A stretch of DNA of 64,000 nt, taken from Escherichia phage vB_EcoM_JS09. The stretch is from sequence record NC_024124.2; one strand, given 5' to 3'. Positions 38,674-47,378 of this stretch are shown one piece after another. The translations under genes and the position numbers were made by a program. Positions within the stretch are counted from its first letter, which is position 1. Every line of letters starts with the position of its first letter. The notes under the pieces were generated by a model, which worked only from the letters and a program-made list of their open reading frames with translations, was not told the origin of the DNA and did no database searches.

Positions 38674-39834
38674 ATGAATACCTTTAAAATCGGAACGAAT
38701 TTTGATTTAGCTCTTCTTGATAAAATCGTAGAGCTCAATAAAACTTATCCTAATAGCTTGATAAACGAAGTATACGGCTCTACAAGAGAAATGGCTTTTG
38801 TAGCAGCCAGACCTGATTTTAGGCTTCCTGACGTTGACAAAAAGATGTTAGAAGATTACGTTAAACGTTGTAACGAATTAGGTATTTGCTTTAACTATAC
38901 ACTCAACACGATAAATCCTGGTTCAAAAAGAGAACTAGTTGAGTGGAAGAAGAAAGCTATTCAGGATTATGTTCAGTATCTTTGGTCAATAGGCGTATGG
39001 CGTATTACTATCGCTAACCCTGTTGTTATGGAAATTGTTCGTGAAGTCAATAAAGACATTGAGATTGAAGTTTCAACAATTCTACATGTCGATGCTGTAA
39101 CTCAAATCAAATACTTGCATGACCAGTATAATATCAAAAAGGTCTGCTGTGGAATTCATAAGAACCGTTCAGTTTCTTTCCTGAAGCGTGCAGCAGAGTT
39201 TTGCAATAAGAACAATATAATATTTGAAGTTCTTGTAAATGAGTTCTGTTCTAATGCTGGTAAAGGGTATACAACACATTGTAGCTATCGTGACTCTTGC
39301 TATATTTTCCATAGTACTGATGTTACAGCTGATGATGCTAAATCCTTAAACGGATATCCTATGCAGCACTGTATTAAAGCTCGTGATACAGACCCATTTA
39401 ACTGGTTGAGAACTCGTTTTGTTCGCCCCCAAGATTTGAAACTTTATAATGATATTGGTATCACTCAATTTAAAGTTTCGGGACGTACAGGTAGCACCGA
39501 CTACATTTTGAAAGTTCTTGAAGCTTATGCTTCTGAAAAGTTTGAAGGTAATTTGTTGGAATTGTGGAAGCCTTTAGAGACCATTTTCACTCTTGAAAAT
39601 GAGACAGAGTTTTCACATACAGTAAATATTGAAACCTCTTTGTTAGATGGCTTTTTAGAAAAAAGGTGGTTCAGACATCCAGATTTCGATTGTGCTAATG
39701 AAATCTGCGGGACGACGTGTACATATTGTGAAAGATATTATAAACGTCAATTATCTAAAAACGGGTTAGCAGAAAACTCTATATCTATTATTGATATAAC
39801 TAACTCTGATGACGCTTTGAGGTACCCGGAATGA
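38674..39834 (+). CDS. Peptidase-U32-family protein (UbiU/RlhA/TrhP-like putative Fe-S enzyme)
   Basis: N-terminus IGTNFDLALLDKIV...EVYGSTREMAFVAARPDF, NPVVMEIVREVNKDIEIEVST and Cys cluster EVLVNEFCSNAGKGYTTHCSYRDSCY parallel U32 hallmarks. Confidence 0.6.
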   Translation: MNTFKIGTNFDLALLDKIVELNKTYPNSLINEVYGSTREMAFVAARPDFRLPDVDKKMLEDYVKRCNELGICFNYTLNTINPGSKRELVEWKKKAIQDYVQYLWSIGVWRITIANPVVMEIVREVNKDIEIEVSTILHVDAVTQIKYLHDQYNIKKVCCGIHKNRSVSFLKRAAEFCNKNNIIFEVLVNEFCSNAGKGYTTHCSYRDSCYIFHSTDVTADDAKSLNGYPMQHCIKARDTDPFNWLRTRFVRPQDLKLYNDIGITQFKVSGRTGSTDYILKVLEAYASEKFEGNLLELWKPLETIFTLENETEFSHTVNIETSLLDGFLEKRWFRHPDFDCANEICGTTCTYCERYYKRQLSKNGLAENSISIIDITNSDDALRYPE

Positions 39835-39992
39835 TTTCTAGAAAAACTTTTAACCACCAACTTAACGAAGAGATTTTGACTATGAAACTGAACACTAATG
39901 AACAAATTCTTAAAAAGGCCCTGATGGGCCTGTTTGAAACTAAAGCGGCTAAAGTGATTAAAGAAACCTGTTCAATTGGAATACTACGCTGA
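39831..39992 (+). CDS. Small hypothetical protein (53 aa)
   Basis: ATGA overlap with U32 gene; not in track. Confidence 0.3.
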   Translation: MISRKTFNHQLNEEILTMKLNTNEQILKKALMGLFETKAAKVIKETCSIGILR

Positions 39993-40070
39993 TGCATTTC
40001 TTCATAGTGTTCTTGGAAGTATCGATGCTGAAGCTTTACGTTATATCAACATTGTCAAGAAATTCAAATA

Positions 40071-40094
40071 AGCTTTACGAATTGAGTATATAAT
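40071..40094 (+). promoter_or_regulatory. Middle-promoter-like element upstream of gene 42
   Basis: AGCTTTA, 11-nt spacer, TATAAT. Confidence 0.4.
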
Positions 40095-40113
40095 AAATTG
40101 TATTGAGGTAAAC

Positions 40114-40830
40114 ATGGGAAAACATAACACAATGAAATATATCAAAGCCGCAGATTTTCAAACCGCATTTAAAGCAGTCAATCGTGAAATTTTAGAAAAC
40201 CCGGAATTCGTAACTGATTCTCGTATTGGACGTTGTAATGAAATTGGGTCTATGACAGTAGTTGTTGACACTCCATCATCATTCAAAATGACCGACCCAC
40301 GTATTAACCGCATCTCTTATGAATATGCCGAAGACTTCTGGAAGTTTATGATTTCTGGTGGTACCAACGCAGAAGAAGCGTTTAAGGCATATCCTAATGT
40401 CGCTAAATTTATTTCTAAACCAAAATCAGATGTTTTGCCGGCGAACTTCAACACTTTCTATGGTCCTCGCATTGCGGCCCAATTACCAGCTCTTCTAAAA
40501 GAACTTAAAGAGAAGCCTAACTCCCGAAGAGTTGTGTTCCAAATTCTAGAAAGTTCTGATCAGGCTTTGCTTGATTCAGACGAAACGCTTGAATATCCAT
40601 GTACTGACTCAGTGACTTATTATATTCGTGATGGTAAGCTTTATACCCACTGTCATATGCGTTCTCAGAACTGTGCTGTTGTTATGCAGTTGGATTTTTA
40701 TCTCCAAGGAAAATTACTTCATTATATCGCTAACGAATGTGGTGTAGAAGTTGGTGATTATACTCATACCATGGTAAGTGCCCATGTGTTTGAACGTGAT
40801 TTTGATTATGTTAAAGGATTCCTTGACTAA
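40114..40830 (+). CDS. 42: Thymidylate-synthase-fold pyrimidine hydroxymethylase (dCMP hydroxymethylase-like, divergent)
   Basis: Active-site-like EYPCTD, SRRVVFQI and MRSQNCAVVMQLDF segments; occupies gene 42 position between 43 and uvsX. Confidence 0.65.
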   Translation: MGKHNTMKYIKAADFQTAFKAVNREILENPEFVTDSRIGRCNEIGSMTVVVDTPSSFKMTDPRINRISYEYAEDFWKFMISGGTNAEEAFKAYPNVAKFISKPKSDVLPANFNTFYGPRIAAQLPALLKELKEKPNSRRVVFQILESSDQALLDSDETLEYPCTDSVTYYIRDGKLYTHCHMRSQNCAVVMQLDFYLQGKLLHYIANECGVEVGDYTHTMVSAHVFERDFDYVKGFLD

Positions 40831-41729
40831 TGGCTATTTTCCGCGTACCTATTTTGAGTATGCGGTCTTATGAAACTGGACAGTATGCTATCCTTAAGGA
40901 TGGCAACTTCCAACTTCATTTGCACCGTGCTAATCCAGGTGATGTGATTACATATCCACGTAATGCATCTGATATTAAAGAATGCGAACGTCTTTTTCCG
41001 GAATTTAAGTTTGTTCCATTATGGTATAAAGATAACGCGTATAACACTCGTAAATATTTCTGGTCTGAAAATGAATTTGTGGTTGATTCATTAATTGCTT
41101 ATTATGATTGTGATTTTCTAATCACAGATATCACTGGATATGATGGCGCTTTTGACGTAGAATTCAATTTCAATATCACTGCAGACCCTAATAAACCACG
41201 TTTTTATATTGATGAATTCTTAAAAACCGACATGTTGTCTGTTAATCGTTCACTTCAAACTACTGTGTTGAATGAACGTCAAAAAGAAGTGCTGGTTAAC
41301 GCAGGTGCAGATGGTAATAAGATTATCGTAACACAGAAAGTTATACGTCCTTCCGTCATGCAGCGTCTTGTAGGTGATTTGGCTCCTATTCATCTAGATG
41401 GTATTTTTCATCCATTTCGAATTAGTGACCCATGCTATCGTTTTGAACAAGTGGTTGAATGCGCAATTCAATTAGGTCAACCGCTTTATATAACTGATCC
41501 AAATAATAGTTTCGACAGAAATAAGTATCCTGAAGAAGCGCTGATTCGAATTTTTAATCCAACTAAAACTGAGTACTATCAAATTCTTAAAGGACGTCCG
41601 AAGATTCAATATTTCGAAAATCCTGAAGAAGTATTCCATCCAGGTCTTGGTGAGTTCATCTACTTTAATGCTTTAATTTCTTCGCCGTATAATATACCTA
41701 AATACGAAGATGTCGTAATCGAGGAATAA
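40830..41729 (+). CDS. Hypothetical protein at the T4 beta-glucosyltransferase locus
   Basis: 299 aa; TAATG coupling to gene 42; no resemblance to recalled T4 beta-gt. Confidence 0.5.
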   Translation: MAIFRVPILSMRSYETGQYAILKDGNFQLHLHRANPGDVITYPRNASDIKECERLFPEFKFVPLWYKDNAYNTRKYFWSENEFVVDSLIAYYDCDFLITDITGYDGAFDVEFNFNITADPNKPRFYIDEFLKTDMLSVNRSLQTTVLNERQKEVLVNAGADGNKIIVTQKVIRPSVMQRLVGDLAPIHLDGIFHPFRISDPCYRFEQVVECAIQLGQPLYITDPNNSFDRNKYPEEALIRIFNPTKTEYYQILKGRPKIQYFENPEEVFHPGLGEFIYFNALISSPYNIPKYEDVVIEE

Positions 41730-41730
41730 A

Positions 41731-42279
41731 ATGGCTAAAATTATTTTAGTAGATGGCCCGGATAATGCCGGTAAAACAACTTTCATTAATGACATAATGG
41801 AAATTAGTGAAAGATATGTAAAGATTGATTTCCCTAAACGAACAGTTGATGGACGTTTCGATGTTAAGTCTCGAAATGAAGTTGGCTGTTTCGAAACGAT
41901 GTTGAATTATTTAGACCCTACTAAGATTTATCTGTTAGACCGTGGATATATTAGTAACTGGGTTTATGGACGTATTCGACAAGATGTGGACTCGGTTCTT
42001 GACGTTTATGAACAGGATTATGTTCGTCTTTGCCAAAACCATGATGTGTTCACAATTATTTTAACACGTAACGAAATGACTGAAAGTTTTGAAGACGACC
42101 TTATTACTTTGTCTTCATTCGGTTTTAATACAGTCATTTCATATTTTGAAGAGTTTGCAATTCATAACAAAATCCAAACGTATCAATTACTTAATCATGA
42201 CGGTGCTAACAAAGTTATAGGATTTAATGCAAGCGAACGTAATTATTTGATTACAGAAATTATCAAATGGGCTCGTTAA
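41731..42279 (+). CDS. P-loop kinase-like protein
   Basis: Walker A VDGPDNAGKTT at N-terminus, 182 aa, NMP/sugar-kinase-like size; SD gagga. Confidence 0.5.
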   Translation: MAKIILVDGPDNAGKTTFINDIMEISERYVKIDFPKRTVDGRFDVKSRNEVGCFETMLNYLDPTKIYLLDRGYISNWVYGRIRQDVDSVLDVYEQDYVRLCQNHDVFTIILTRNEMTESFEDDLITLSSFGFNTVISYFEEFAIHNKIQTYQLLNHDGANKVIGFNASERNYLITEIIKWAR

Positions 42280-42301
42280 GAGCCTGTTTAAAGTTTTTAA
42301 A

Positions 42302-42326
42302 TGCTGTATAACCCTTAGTATATAAT
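42302..42326 (+). promoter_or_regulatory. Middle-promoter-like element upstream of uvsX
   Basis: TGCTGTA box variant, 12-nt spacer, TATAAT. Confidence 0.4.
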
Positions 42327-42379
42327 CGTCTTATCTTTTAAACATGAGTAAAATATAATGATGCCTATGGAAAAATACA

Positions 42380-43552
42380 ATGTCTGATTTAAAATCTCGT
42401 CTGATTAAAGCTTCTACTTCTAAAATGACTGCAGACTTGACTAAGTCTAAGCTGTTTAATAATCGTGATGAAGTCCCTACTCGTATTCCGATGTTGAATA
42501 TTGCATTAGGTGGTGCACTGAATGCAGGGTTGCAATCAGGCTTAACTATTTTTGCTGCTCCTTCTAAACACTTTAAAACGTTGTTTGGACTAACTATGGT
42601 TGCAGCATATATGAAGAAATATAAAGATGCAATCTGTTTGTTTTATGACTCAGAATTCGGTGCTTCAGAATCTTATTTTCGTTCAATGGGTGTTGATTTA
42701 GACCGTGTAGTTCATACGCCAATTCAGTCCGTCGAACAACTTAAAGTTGATATGACTAATCAGCTTGACGCGATTGAACGCGGTGATAAAGTTATTATCT
42801 TTATCGATTCAATCGGTAATACTGCATCTAAGAAAGAAACCGAAGATGCGTTGAACGAGAAAGTTGTAGGTGATATGTCTCGTGCTAAGGCACTTAAATC
42901 TCTTTTCCGTATTGTGACTCCTTATCTGACTATTAAAGATATTCCGTGTGTTGCAATTAACCATACCGCAATGGAAATTGGTGGATTGTATCCTAAAGAG
43001 ATTATGGGCGGTGGTACAGGTATTCTTTATTCTGCCAACACGGTATTTTTTATCTCTAAACGTCAGGTTAAAGAAGGTACAGAATTGACCGGTTATGACT
43101 TCACGTTGAAAGCAGAAAAATCTCGCACCGTTAAAGAAAAATCTACTTTCCCAATCACGGTTAATTTTGATGGTGGTATCGACCCATTCAGCGGCTTGCT
43201 AGAAATGGCAACCGAAATTGGTTTTGTAGTTAAGCCTAAAGCCGGTTGGTATGCTCGTGAATTCCTTGACGAAGAAACAGGTGAAATGATTCGTGAAGAG
43301 AAATCGTGGCGTGCTAAAGCTACTGATTGTGTAGAATTCTGGGGACCTTTGTTTAAACACAAACCTTTCCGAGATGCAATTGAAACTAAATATAAACTAG
43401 GTGCTATCTCTTCTATTAAAGAAGTTGATGATGCTGTTAACGACCTTATTAATTGCAAAGCAACAACTAAAGTTCCGGTTAAAACTTCTGATGCTCCGTC
43501 TGCAGCAGATATAGAAAACGACCTTGACGAAATGGAAGATTTCGATGAATAA
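42380..43552 (+). CDS. uvsX: Recombinase UvsX (RecA-like)
   Basis: MSDLKSRLIKASTSK... near-identical in pattern to recalled T4 UvsX; acidic C-terminus. Confidence 0.95.
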   Translation: MSDLKSRLIKASTSKMTADLTKSKLFNNRDEVPTRIPMLNIALGGALNAGLQSGLTIFAAPSKHFKTLFGLTMVAAYMKKYKDAICLFYDSEFGASESYFRSMGVDLDRVVHTPIQSVEQLKVDMTNQLDAIERGDKVIIFIDSIGNTASKKETEDALNEKVVGDMSRAKALKSLFRIVTPYLTIKDIPCVAINHTAMEIGGLYPKEIMGGGTGILYSANTVFFISKRQVKEGTELTGYDFTLKAEKSRTVKEKSTFPITVNFDGGIDPFSGLLEMATEIGFVVKPKAGWYAREFLDEETGEMIREEKSWRAKATDCVEFWGPLFKHKPFRDAIETKYKLGAISSIKEVDDAVNDLINCKATTKVPVKTSDAPSAADIENDLDEMEDFDE

Positions 43553-43886
43553 TCTCGATGATTTAAATCTAGAAATCGTTGATGAATCCCCTTCTTCGGA
43601 AGGGGAAGACATTCGCAAAGAACGAGTGTTTAATGAATCTCTTAAAATTATCCGTTCAGCAATGGAAAATGTCATTCAAGAGATTCTGATTACACTTGAA
43701 GATGGTTCTCATCATATAGTCTATATTACAAAACTAGACTGGGTTGATGGTAAAATCGTAATGGACTTTGCAGTTCTTGACCAGGACAGAAAAGCAGAAC
43801 TTGCACCGCATGTTGAAAAATGTGTTACAATGCAAGTACAACAAGCTTTTAATGAACGGACCAAGAAAAAATTTAAATTCTTTTAA
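43545..43886 (+). CDS. 40: Gene 40-like protein (by position)
   Basis: ATG 43545 overlapping uvsX end; lies between uvsX and 41 as T4 gene 40. Confidence 0.55.
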   Translation: MNNLDDLNLEIVDESPSSEGEDIRKERVFNESLKIIRSAMENVIQEILITLEDGSHHIVYITKLDWVDGKIVMDFAVLDQDRKAELAPHVEKCVTMQVQQAFNERTKKKFKFF

Positions 43887-43895
43887 GGAGTTATC

Positions 43896-45338
43896 GTGGT
43901 AGAAATTATTTTGTCTCATCTAGTATATGACCAGGCTTATTTTTCTAAGGTCTGGCCTTATATGGATTCTGAGTATTTTGAGCGTGGACCGGCAAAAAAT
44001 GTCTTTAAAATTATAAAGAGCCACGTTAACGAATATAATGCAATGCCGTCTATCAATGCGTTAAAGGTGGCTTTAGATAACAGTTCTTTAACTGAAGCCG
44101 AATATAAAGGAACTTCAGACCTAATTGAAAAATTGGCTGATACTCCTGAAGACCACGAATGGTTGGTTAAAGAAACTGAGAAATATGTCCAGCAAAAAGC
44201 GATGTATAATGCTACATCCAAAATCATTGAGATTCAGTCTAATGCTGAACTACCTCCAGAACAACGTAACAAGAAAATGCCTGATGTAGGAGCTATTCCT
44301 GATATTATGCGTCAAGCACTTTCAATTTCGTTTGATAGTTATGTTGGACATGACTGGATGGAAGACTATGAAGCCCGCTGGCTTTCTTATCTGAACAAAG
44401 CACGTAAGGTCCCGTTCAAATTAAACATTCTGAATAAAATCACTAAAGGTGGTGCTGAAACTGGTACACTGAATGTTTTAATGGCTGGTGTTAACGTTGG
44501 TAAATCTTTAGGCCTTTGTTCACTTGCTGCAGATTATCTTCAAACAGGTCATAATGTTCTTTATATTTCCATGGAAATGGCTGAAGAAGTTTGTGCTAAG
44601 CGTATAGATGCAAACATGCTTGACGTATCACTTGATGATATTGATGATGGTAACGTATCTTATGCCGAATATAAAGCCAAGATGGAAAAATGGCGTTCAA
44701 AAACAACATTAGGACGTTTAGTAGTTAAACAGTATCCTACTGGCGGAGCTAATGCTAATACATTCCGTGCGTTGCTTAATGAATTGAAACTCAAGAAGAA
44801 CTTTGTGCCATCTGTAATCATGGTTGATTACTTAGGTATTTGCGGGTCTTGTCGTATAAGAGTTTACACTGAAAATAGTTACACGTTAGTTAAAGCTATC
44901 GCAGAAGAACTTCGTGCATTAGCAGTAGAATCTGAAACAGTTCTATGGACTGCAGCTCAAGTAGGACGTGCAGCATGGGATGCTTCGGATATGAACATGA
45001 GCGATATTGCAGAATCAGCAGGTTTACCAGCAACAGCAGATTTCATGTTGGCCGTAATTGAAACCGAAGAACTTGCACAAGCTGAACAACAACTTATCAA
45101 ACAAATCAAATCACGATACGGCGATAAGAATAAGTGGAATAAATTCCTGATGGGCGTACGTAAAGGCAACCAGAAATGGATTGAGATTGAGCAAGAAGGC
45201 ATGAACACATCTAACACAGTAAATGAAAACGCAGGTGCTCAGATGCGCCAGGCAGAGGTGAATCGTACGGAACGCGTAGGTAAAGCCAAAGCAACACGTG
45301 CTGACCTAGATAGCTTAGCCAATGAGTTAAAATTTTAA
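43896..45338 (+). CDS. 41: Replicative helicase gp41 (DnaB-like)
   Basis: GTG start after SD aaggag; Walker A GVNVGKS; MVEIILSHLVYDQAYFSKVWPYMD N-terminus. Confidence 0.9.
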   Translation: MVEIILSHLVYDQAYFSKVWPYMDSEYFERGPAKNVFKIIKSHVNEYNAMPSINALKVALDNSSLTEAEYKGTSDLIEKLADTPEDHEWLVKETEKYVQQKAMYNATSKIIEIQSNAELPPEQRNKKMPDVGAIPDIMRQALSISFDSYVGHDWMEDYEARWLSYLNKARKVPFKLNILNKITKGGAETGTLNVLMAGVNVGKSLGLCSLAADYLQTGHNVLYISMEMAEEVCAKRIDANMLDVSLDDIDDGNVSYAEYKAKMEKWRSKTTLGRLVVKQYPTGGANANTFRALLNELKLKKNFVPSVIMVDYLGICGSCRIRVYTENSYTLVKAIAEELRALAVESETVLWTAAQVGRAAWDASDMNMSDIAESAGLPATADFMLAVIETEELAQAEQQLIKQIKSRYGDKNKWNKFLMGVRKGNQKWIEIEQEGMNTSNTVNENAGAQMRQAEVNRTERVGKAKATRADLDSLANELKF

Positions 45339-45344
45339 TAAAAA

Positions 45345-45363
45345 GGAGACTTCGGTCTCCTTT
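45345..45363 (+). terminator. CUUCGG hairpin terminator after gene 41
   Basis: GGAGAC-TTCG-GTCTCC then TTT. Confidence 0.5.
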
Positions 45364-45426
45364 CGGGGTTTACATCTTCCTCTAGGCATGATATGATGTA
45401 CTTACACCAACCAAGAGGAAAACATT

Positions 45427-45801
45427 ATGAATATGTCTCAGGCAATTTTTACTGCAATCACCGAAAACACAACTGTTGAAGTAGTTTCTCCGCTGGCAAC
45501 CTACGTTATTCTTGCTCCTAAAACTATTGTATCTCGTATGGAAAACATGGGCAAACGTATCGTACAAATTGTTGGAGCCGGAAATCAAAAACTTGATTAT
45601 CTGCGAACCATCAAAGCTTATGAACATTTCCAACTCGAAAAAGGTTCTCCTATCCAGGTAGAACTCGTAAATGGTGATATCGTTCGAGCAATGTTCCATC
45701 ATTTCTATGCATTGAATGACCCATCTAAAGCGGTTCGTTTAATTGCATACGACGCAAACCAAAACGAAATCAACGCAGATATATCTAAATTACGTTTTTA
45801 A
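45427..45801 (+). CDS. Hypothetical protein
   Basis: SD agagga; early promoter upstream. Confidence 0.5.
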   Translation: MNMSQAIFTAITENTTVEVVSPLATYVILAPKTIVSRMENMGKRIVQIVGAGNQKLDYLRTIKAYEHFQLEKGSPIQVELVNGDIVRAMFHHFYALNDPSKAVRLIAYDANQNEINADISKLRF

Positions 45802-45850
45802 GTTTACTTCTCCAGTAGTTGTGTTATTATAGACCTATCAACTACTGGAG
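45802..45850 (+). promoter_or_regulatory. PeSL-like early promoter cassette
   Basis: GTTTAC, TATTAT -10, arms TCTCCAGTAGTTG / CAACTACTGGAGA. Confidence 0.55.
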
Positions 45851-45856
45851 AACAAA

Positions 45857-46174
45857 ATGAAAACCATCGATTGTAAAGCAGAATTTAAGATTTTTTATCA
45901 CGGTTCAAGTAGTTCAGCTAACATCGAAAACATGCTTTGTCCTCCTGAAGAAACAGGAGTTCTGTCTGAAACAGGACGTAAGAAAAACTTGGATCGTGTA
46001 TTCTTTACCGAAGATATCGGTTTAGCAAAGATTTATGCAGGACGAGCAGCACGCTCTTATGGAGGTGAACCACGTCTCTATCGAGTAATTTCTCCGGTAG
46101 ATGTAGTTCAAATGAATAATACTAAAGGTGCTACAGTTTATCACGCTGAATGGGCATTTTGCGAGGAAATATGA
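45857..46174 (+). CDS. Small ART-fold-like protein (HGS motif, Tpt1/KptA-like)
   Basis: IFYHGSSSS...GRAARSYGGEPRLYRV resembles the catalytic half of Tpt1/KptA ADP-ribosyltransferase-fold proteins; weak. Confidence 0.35.
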   Translation: MKTIDCKAEFKIFYHGSSSSANIENMLCPPEETGVLSETGRKKNLDRVFFTEDIGLAKIYAGRAARSYGGEPRLYRVISPVDVVQMNNTKGATVYHAEWAFCEEI

Positions 46175-46362
46175 GCAAATTAACTAAAGTTACTTTTATT
46201 GGCTGGTTTAAAAATGATAATACGTTCACTAAAGATATCATGTTATCAGGTGACCGTGAAGAAATCGAGTGGGTTGCGGTACAACTTGCTGAAGTGAACA
46301 AAGCATTAGTTAAAGCATTTGTTAATGACGAGAAAGTTTTTGAAGCTGATTTCAGAGGATAA
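46171..46362 (+). CDS. Hypothetical protein
   Basis: ATG 46171 after SD gagga; ATGA overlap. Confidence 0.4.
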   Translation: MSKLTKVTFIGWFKNDNTFTKDIMLSGDREEIEWVAVQLAEVNKALVKAFVNDEKVFEADFRG

Positions 46363-46363
46363 T

Positions 46364-46576
46364 ATGTATTCAACTGTGTTTAAACCATCAACATACGAAT
46401 TTGCATCAACTACACAATGGAAAGCTCTTATTCTGGAAGGATGGGAACTAATGATGGACTGTGAAGCATCTGAAAAGTTTCCACACGGCAAAGTGGACTT
46501 CGTTAAATTTGCTGTACGTCCGACTAAACGACAGATTCGTCAAGAAAAACGCAAATTTCGCAAAAGTTTAAAATAG
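46364..46576 (+). CDS. Small basic protein, RPTKRQ-motif family
   Basis: C-terminal FAVRPTKRQIRQEKRKFRKSLK. Confidence 0.45.
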   Translation: MYSTVFKPSTYEFASTTQWKALILEGWELMMDCEASEKFPHGKVDFVKFAVRPTKRQIRQEKRKFRKSLK

Positions 46577-46636
46577 CTGTTTACAAGCACCACATACTGT
46601 GTTACTATCTTTCTATCAACTACAGAGGAAATTGAA

Positions 46637-47005
46637 ATGAAAAAATTAATCGCTTTAGCAATGGTATTTGGATTAACCGGATGTGGTGCCCATGGCTTTA
46701 TCCCTAATAACGTCGGCCAATTGATTTACAATCCGAATGTTAAACAGTACGACCAACCTAAAGTTGAAGTGGAAGACCCGGTTACTGTAGGTAATCGAAT
46801 GATTCAAGCTGATGCCCATGCTCAACGTTATCGTGACTCTGATACTGTAGCATTGTCAAAAGAACAACGCGTTAAAGAACATTGTCTACAGGCTACTGAA
46901 ATCGCATTCATTCGCTATGTTGAAACAACTGGTAAAGAGCCTACCCAGAAACAAATCGCGAATAACTACGTCCAGTGTATTGAACGTTTAAACAAATTTA
47001 ATTAA
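46637..47005 (+). CDS. Putative lipoprotein
   Basis: Signal peptide with lipobox MKKLIALAMVFGLTGC. Confidence 0.55.
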   Translation: MKKLIALAMVFGLTGCGAHGFIPNNVGQLIYNPNVKQYDQPKVEVEDPVTVGNRMIQADAHAQRYRDSDTVALSKEQRVKEHCLQATEIAFIRYVETTGKEPTQKQIANNYVQCIERLNKFN

Positions 47006-47066
47006 TTGGTTTACACCAAAGTTAAAACAAGATACTATAAACATAACAAATCAAGAGGAAATTAAC

Positions 47067-47315
47067 ATGGAATTATTCGTAGCTAGTTCAGTAGCAGTTT
47101 TAATCGCAGGTATTGGTTCAATCATCATTTACATGCTGCCTTGGGTAATCGCACTTATTCGTGGCACAAAAAGCACAACAGCAATCTTCTTTGTATCTTT
47201 ACTCTTTAACTGGACGATGGTTGGTTGGATTGGAACTTTAATTTGGTCTATCGTTGCCGAAAAGAAATCGGCTCAGCAGCCTCAACAAGTAATTATTATT
47301 CGCGAAAAAGAATAA
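47067..47315 (+). CDS. Small membrane protein (two helices)
   Basis: SVAVLIAGIGSIIIYMLPWVIALI and FFVSLLFNWTMVGWIGTLIWSIV. Confidence 0.5.
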   Translation: MELFVASSVAVLIAGIGSIIIYMLPWVIALIRGTKSTTAIFFVSLLFNWTMVGWIGTLIWSIVAEKKSAQQPQQVIIIREKE

Positions 47316-47378
47316 ACTTGTTTACATTATAGATGGACTATAGTATAGTAGTCCTATCAAATCAACTAAGGAGTTAAA

